This document shows positions 55,393 through 59,919 of a stretch of 59,919 nucleotides of DNA, piece by piece (position 1 is the stretch's first letter; the number at the start of each line of letters is the position of its first letter). Origin of the DNA: a virus; UHGV virus genome UHGV-0342645, one strand, 5' to 3'. A program made the position numbers and the translations under genes. The notes beneath the pieces were generated by a model, which saw nothing but the letters and a program-made list of their open reading frames with translations, made no database searches and was not told the DNA's origin.

Positions 55393-55799
55393 TATAGTTT
55401 TCCTTCTACAATAGCTTGGCGTATCAACATTGGAAGCTTCGCTACGTTAATACGCACCATGCCATTTGGCGCTTGCTGCGACCAACCAAGATATTCAAGT
55501 TTCGGAGCATACGGGGTTAAATTGCTAAAGTAGAAAGTCCAGTCTTTATCATCTGGCAACTGTCTTATAATAACCCTAGCTTCCGCTTTAGCTAACTCCC
55601 CAGTAGGATCGAGGCGGATAGTTTCCGTCGCATATGGTGTACCAATGGATGAACGCCAACCGCCTTTTGTACGTCCGGTCTTAACAGGAGTATCCTGAAT
55701 TACATTCTCCGTGAACTTGACAACAACCTTTTTGGCTTGCTCCCCAGTCTGGACAAGCACCTTTTGACTTGCACGCCGTATATCCGCCCCGAATCCCAT
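55392..55799 (-). CDS. head-tail joining protein (putative)
   Basis: 135-aa ORF with ATGA overlap to neighbours. Confidence 0.4.
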   Translation of the reverse strand: MGFGADIRRASQKVLVQTGEQAKKVVVKFTENVIQDTPVKTGRTKGGWRSSIGTPYATETIRLDPTGELAKAEARVIIRQLPDDKDWTFYFSNLTPYAPKLEYLGWSQQAPNGMVRINVAKLPMLIRQAIVEGKL

Positions 55800-56179
55800 T
55801 ATCGCGTCACCTTGAAAGTATAAAGAACAGAAACATTAGCAGGTCTTGTATCAACAAACTCATTTATGGTCCACACTTCCAACTCACCATCAGGAGACAT
55901 ACGCTCAATGCGTGCAGTCATTGCTTTATCTCGTGTCAATGGTGGAGTCATTGGATAGGTTAAGACTTTCAATTCGCCAGTAGCAACAAGGCTCCCACCG
56001 ATCATTTTTTCCTTCGGGGAAAGAAAAGCTCCGATAAATGGGTAGCGTTTTTCAACACTAGGATCGTCCCACTCATCTTGACCTTCTCCTTTTTCCATGA
56101 CCACAAGGGTACAGTTCACGCCAGCGTCGTTGATCATTTGCTTTGCAGCTTCAACTAACTGCTCATAAGGAAAGCTCAT
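55799..56179 (-). CDS. head closure / head-tail adaptor protein (putative)
   Basis: 126-aa ORF in the connector gene block. Confidence 0.4.
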   Translation of the reverse strand: MSFPYEQLVEAAKQMINDAGVNCTLVVMEKGEGQDEWDDPSVEKRYPFIGAFLSPKEKMIGGSLVATGELKVLTYPMTPPLTRDKAMTARIERMSPDGELEVWTINEFVDTRPANVSVLYTFKVTR

Positions 56180-56182
56180 AAC

Positions 56183-56689
56183 TCACCGTATTAATCTGTT
56201 ACCCATTTGATAACCCAGCAAAGGTGATAAAAACGTCATAGCTTTATCATATGTTTTTGCTGGACCTGACTGTGCTGTGCTACCAGTTGCATATTCAATC
56301 TCAAGACCTTCTACTTTAGTTCTTTTGACTGCATATGCAGTAGTTTTCCCATTAAGAGGACCGCCAGTAGCTGAGTCCGCTGTAAGCTGGCAAACAGCGT
56401 TTATAAGCGCCTTTGGCAAAGGGCTTTGGGGTAGCTCGAACCCATCCACAAACACCCCGTAGCGTGGCCAATTTAGGGGTTGCTGTGGGTCCATTTTATA
56501 ACCCTTAAACCGTTGGCCGTATCCTTCCACAAAATCCATAGCGTCGAAGATCTTTGTCTTTAGATCTTCATCTTCACTTGGAAGTACAATACCTCGCATT
56601 GCGGCATACATCCGGACTTGTTCAATGGTCACATAACTGTTGGCGTCCGGTACACCAGTACCATCTTCAACTATCAGTGGAATCTCCAT
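56183..56689 (-). CDS. head-tail connector protein (putative)
   Basis: 168-aa ORF, first of the small connector genes after the head genes. Confidence 0.4.
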   Translation of the reverse strand: MEIPLIVEDGTGVPDANSYVTIEQVRMYAAMRGIVLPSEDEDLKTKIFDAMDFVEGYGQRFKGYKMDPQQPLNWPRYGVFVDGFELPQSPLPKALINAVCQLTADSATGGPLNGKTTAYAVKRTKVEGLEIEYATGSTAQSGPAKTYDKAMTFLSPLLGYQMGNRLIR

Positions 56690-56827
56690 CTTTCTTCCTC
56701 ATTGCGATGGTTGTAGGGATAAGTGGCGGGAGCTCTTCTTCAGGAACAGAAACGGCGTCTTCTTGACGCCGTTTTCTATTACGTCGGAGGAGCCACAACA
56801 CATATTGTCTATGGCTCATTTCCATGA

Positions 56828-57481
56828 TTAACCTCGACGCATCATATTACGTGCAACCATACGGGCAACCGGATCGTCAATAGGGTTCTGGAAGCGATGG
56901 TCAGAAAGCATGTCTTCCGGTTTACGTTTTTTCTGCGCTTCAAGATACATCTGAGTTGCAGTAAGACCGGACTTAGGACGACGACTTTCCTGCTCAACAA
57001 TAATCTTATCCAGATCCGCTTGAACGTCTGCAATAGCAAGCTCCAGCGCGTGCTTAGTGTCAGCAATCTCTTTAACCACATTGCTAAGCTTTTCACGCTT
57101 CGCTTTCAGTTCTTCATCGGTTAAGCTGGAAGTGTCACCGATTTTTTCCGGCTCCAGAAGAGCACGCAGTGCTTCGCTAATCTTAACTTCGATTTGCATC
57201 GTTGCAACCGCGACTTTCTTTTGTTCTTCATGAGCTTTCTCCTGTTTGACAGCTTCATGTAAAACTGGATCAGCAGATTTAACAGGTTCCACTGGCTCTG
57301 GCTCTTCCAGCACGCGGTTATCGCGGGTAAACAGCGGAGCAGCAGTTGTAATATCGTCGCGGGTTAAAGACGGGTTAGCGGTAGCGAAACGCAGAGCGTC
57401 AACTTTAGGTAAGCCATCGCTGGTCCAATGATTCGGGTTATCCGGATCAAGTTCTAACAATGCTTCAATTAATGTCTTCAT
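56828..57481 (-). CDS. hypothetical structural-module protein
   Basis: 217-aa acidic, coiled-coil-like ORF between the Ig-like and connector genes. Confidence 0.4.
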   Translation of the reverse strand: MKTLIEALLELDPDNPNHWTSDGLPKVDALRFATANPSLTRDDITTAAPLFTRDNRVLEEPEPVEPVKSADPVLHEAVKQEKAHEEQKKVAVATMQIEVKISEALRALLEPEKIGDTSSLTDEELKAKREKLSNVVKEIADTKHALELAIADVQADLDKIIVEQESRRPKSGLTATQMYLEAQKKRKPEDMLSDHRFQNPIDDPVARMVARNMMRRG

Positions 57482-57498
57482 TGTTTAATCCTTATTTT

Positions 57499-57822
57499 TT
57501 AGGTCACATTAATAACACATGTACCAGTAACACTATCCTTTGCCTTGGACGTTACTGTCAAGTTTGAAGTACCACTGCTTGCGGTTGTGGTCACGGTAAT
57601 TGTACCGTCCCCGTTGTCTTTAATTGTAGCAGAGGAACCGTCAACTGACGCGCTATACGCTTTGTTTGTAGTTCCGCCTGGGACAAAGTTTATTTTAACA
57701 GTAACCGTCTTTACTTCTGAAGTTGTGGTGTCAATCTTAGCAGGATCGAGAGTAATCGAAATTGGCTCCACCTGCAACGATTTTTCCATCAAGTCATGTC
57801 GTTCATAACGTTGATAACGCAT
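57499..57822 (-). CDS. Ig-like (Big_2-type) domain protein, probable capsid decoration
   Basis: 107 aa; TVKINFVPGGTTNKAYSASVDGSSATIKDNGDGTITVTTTASSGTSNLTVTSKAKDSVTGTCVINVT beta-strand Ig-like pattern; AGGAGA RBS; follows the capsid gene. Confidence 0.5.
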   Translation of the reverse strand: MRYQRYERHDLMEKSLQVEPISITLDPAKIDTTTSEVKTVTVKINFVPGGTTNKAYSASVDGSSATIKDNGDGTITVTTTASSGTSNLTVTSKAKDSVTGTCVINVT

Positions 57823-57834
57823 GGTTGTTCTCCT

Positions 57835-57860
57835 AAAAAAGAGGGGACATAAATGTCCCC
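57835..57860 (-). terminator. rho-independent terminator after the major capsid gene
   Basis: Minus strand GGGGACA-TTTA-TGTCCCC followed by TCTTTTTT, then the RBS of the Ig-like gene. Confidence 0.65.
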
Positions 57861-57891
57861 AAAATACTACAGCGCGGCGTTGAGTGAAGCC

Positions 57892-58953
57892 TTAGGAACC
57901 CTGATACTCACGAGTGATCAGGCGTGCGACTTTAAGCTGCTTGCGCTCAAGGAACGCACGACGCCAGGAATCTTCATGGGCCAGGTTGTTAGTGGTAGCA
58001 GCGTTAGACGGACCACCTTTAGCAGTTTGGGCAGCAGCCCAAGCATGACCGACCGGATGCAGAATCCATTCAACACGGTTGTGAAGAACTTCTTCACCAG
58101 CACCATTGTTAGCAGCTTCGTCACGAACCACAGCGGTCGGAACTTTTGGTGAACCAGCACCCATTGCAGTCGCGCCCGGGCCGAACAGCCAGCTTTCAAA
58201 GATACCAGTAGACGGATCGTGCGGCATGGAGTCGTCTTCAATAATACGCAAACCCTGATAATACTCGAACTGAGTTTCACCGCGAGCATCCGGAATGAAG
58301 TCGATCAGGTTCAGCTGACGCATACGATTACGAACGGTAGAGTGTACCATAATCATGGTCAGACCACGAGCAGCATCACCCATCGTTGCAGTTGCGTTGA
58401 TGAAGTTAGACGCGGTAAAGTTGGTCTGGTTGTTTACAAATGAAGAACCGGAAATATCGAACGTCAGATCGTCCGAATGGGATTTCTTGGCATTAGCAAA
58501 TACACCTTTCCAGGTTGCAATGTATGCAGCTTGCAGACGGCGAACCCACCACGCAGACACGCGATTACCGATAGCGGTCATTGGGTCGTTACCAATCAAA
58601 GCAGATACCAGATCCGCAGAACCCCAGGATTTTGAGCGACTCATACGAACCTGAACTTCAGATCCGGTAGTGATGTTTGACGGTTTGGACGGAGCACCTT
58701 TATCGATCGCAATATCTTCGTCTTCGTCTTTCAGGTCATTATAGAACGGCTCGTTAAAAGTCAAACCTGCACCAGCAAGGTTAGCAGATAAACGCTCGTC
58801 CATTACAACTGCACCGGATTGAATCAGAGCAGAAAGTTCAGCGGTCTGCGTCTGCACATAACCAGTGAAGATTTCAGGGACGATCACGTCAGCCAAACGA
58901 GTCAGGTCACTGTCACCACGACCAAATGGCAGAATAATTTTAGATTTAGACAT
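57892..58953 (-). CDS. major capsid protein
   Basis: 353-aa ORF between scaffold and the capsid-proximal terminator; followed by decoration and connector genes. Confidence 0.65.
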   Translation of the reverse strand: MSKSKIILPFGRGDSDLTRLADVIVPEIFTGYVQTQTAELSALIQSGAVVMDERLSANLAGAGLTFNEPFYNDLKDEDEDIAIDKGAPSKPSNITTGSEVQVRMSRSKSWGSADLVSALIGNDPMTAIGNRVSAWWVRRLQAAYIATWKGVFANAKKSHSDDLTFDISGSSFVNNQTNFTASNFINATATMGDAARGLTMIMVHSTVRNRMRQLNLIDFIPDARGETQFEYYQGLRIIEDDSMPHDPSTGIFESWLFGPGATAMGAGSPKVPTAVVRDEAANNGAGEEVLHNRVEWILHPVGHAWAAAQTAKGGPSNAATTNNLAHEDSWRRAFLERKQLKVARLITREYQGS

Positions 58954-59075
58954 ACTTGTCTCCAGGAAAAGGATTGATTTGTTTACTGTTGGTAGCCTTT
59001 CCCCGTGGAAGGCTGTTTAGGAACCCGTGTCCCTGATGTGTTGAAACTTAACATCAGGGACGTCGGGATGTCAAC

Positions 59076-59876
59076 TTATTTCTTAGCAGGACGTACAGGC
59101 TTCAGTGGGTCTACGCCATTCTTTTCAGCTAAACGTTTAGCTAAAGATTGGTTAGTTTTCCAGAGATTCATCTGCTTAGAGATGTTCCAACCGTCGTGAC
59201 TGTATGGATCTTCACCGTGATGGCCACCCGCGCCCGGACCAGATGCACCACCACCAGCAGATCCTTCAACCCAGTGCGGACGTTTCGGAAGGATTTCGTT
59301 CAGCCAGTCCGCCGGAGTTAGGTAAGGAGTTACACCAGCCCCATCTTTCGTAACCACATTACCGTTCTCGTCGACAGTCATTTGCAACTGCGCATAAGTT
59401 ACAGCGTCTTCGATAGCAGATGGACGCAATTTAGCACCAGAAGCAGCGGCAATAACTGCATCTTTAATCTTCGCTTTAGTTTCGCGAGTGCGGTAGCCTT
59501 CAATTTCCTGCTTAACCGTGTCACGCTCGGCGATAACAGTTTGCAATTGACGCTCGAGCGGCGCAAGACGGGCTTTGACCATCTTCTCAATGTCTTCCGG
59601 ATTGCCTTTACCGTTAGCAGCAGCTTCCAGCTCAGGGATACGATCCAAATCCGCCAGGACTTCTTCAACTGGACGCCCCAGTGCGCTAATTTGTTGTTTC
59701 ACCTGACGATGATCGTTACGCTCTTTTGCTAACGCACTTTCCAGACGACGAACGCTATCAGCAGGTGCTACACCTTTGACTTTTGCAAGAACGTATTTAC
59801 CGCCCTGCTCTGCGTAAAGAGTTGCAAATTCCGCTGGGATTTCTTCCGCAGATGCGTACTCGTATTGTAATTCCAC
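59076..59876 (-). CDS. head scaffolding protein (5' end lies across the window junction at 29..1)
   Basis: Acidic coiled-coil-rich ORF directly upstream of the capsid gene; track start is a GTG, in frame with ATG at 29. Confidence 0.5.
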   Translation of the reverse strand: MELQYEYASAEEIPAEFATLYAEQGGKYVLAKVKGVAPADSVRRLESALAKERNDHRQVKQQISALGRPVEEVLADLDRIPELEAAANGKGNPEDIEKMVKARLAPLERQLQTVIAERDTVKQEIEGYRTRETKAKIKDAVIAAASGAKLRPSAIEDAVTYAQLQMTVDENGNVVTKDGAGVTPYLTPADWLNEILPKRPHWVEGSAGGGASGPGAGGHHGEDPYSHDGWNISKQMNLWKTNQSLAKRLAEKNGVDPLKPVRPAKK

Positions 59877-59919
59877 ATCACCTTCACCGCGAGCGCGTGG
59901 ATTAATTAAAGCAAAACCA

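Noticed and set aside
1-59919. tRNA, rRNA or CRISPR array anywhere in the window
   Set aside because: No GTTCGAATC-type T-loop or cloverleaf seen in ORF-free intervals, no rRNA-like stretches, and the only short tandem repeats are coding (dut N-terminus, Q/P-rich SSB tail, Ala/Lys tracts) or regulatory iterons without unique spacers
1-59919. Prophage or lysogeny module (integrase, CI-like repressor, attachment site)
   Set aside because: No tyrosine or serine recombinase-like ORF, no repressor/Cro-like divergent pair and no host genes at either end; organisation fits a virulent phage genome

Overview
The window reads as an essentially complete genome (~59.9 kb) of a virulent, siphovirus-like dsDNA phage of an enterobacterial host, with no host genes at either end. 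Genes sit in two divergent arms leaving a control region at ~9.9-13.25 kb and converging at ~39.4 kb. The minus arm (9.9 kb down to 1, wrapping to 59.9 kb and down to 39.4 kb) carries early genes, a lysis cassette, terS-terL-portal, scaffold, capsid, and a lambda-like tail module including a -1 frameshifted chaperone, tape measure and two fibre genes. The plus arm (10.9-39.4 kb) carries replication and recombination genes. The standout feature is a DpdA-centred 7-deazaguanine DNA-modification cluster (queE, queC, yhhQ-like, queD, folE, dpdA) at 28.7-34.6 kb, which also holds five uncharacterised ORFs and an inserted HNH endonuclease. From memory this layout resembles CAjan/Seuratvirus-type coliphages; no database search was possible. 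Other points: a cor-like lipoprotein moron in the tail module, an iteron-rich control region, and two window ends that join in frame, implying a circularly permuted genome. No tRNA, rRNA, CRISPR array, integrase or repressor was found. Hand-derived coordinates may be off by 1-2 nt; track ORFs marked M may start with GTG/TTG.
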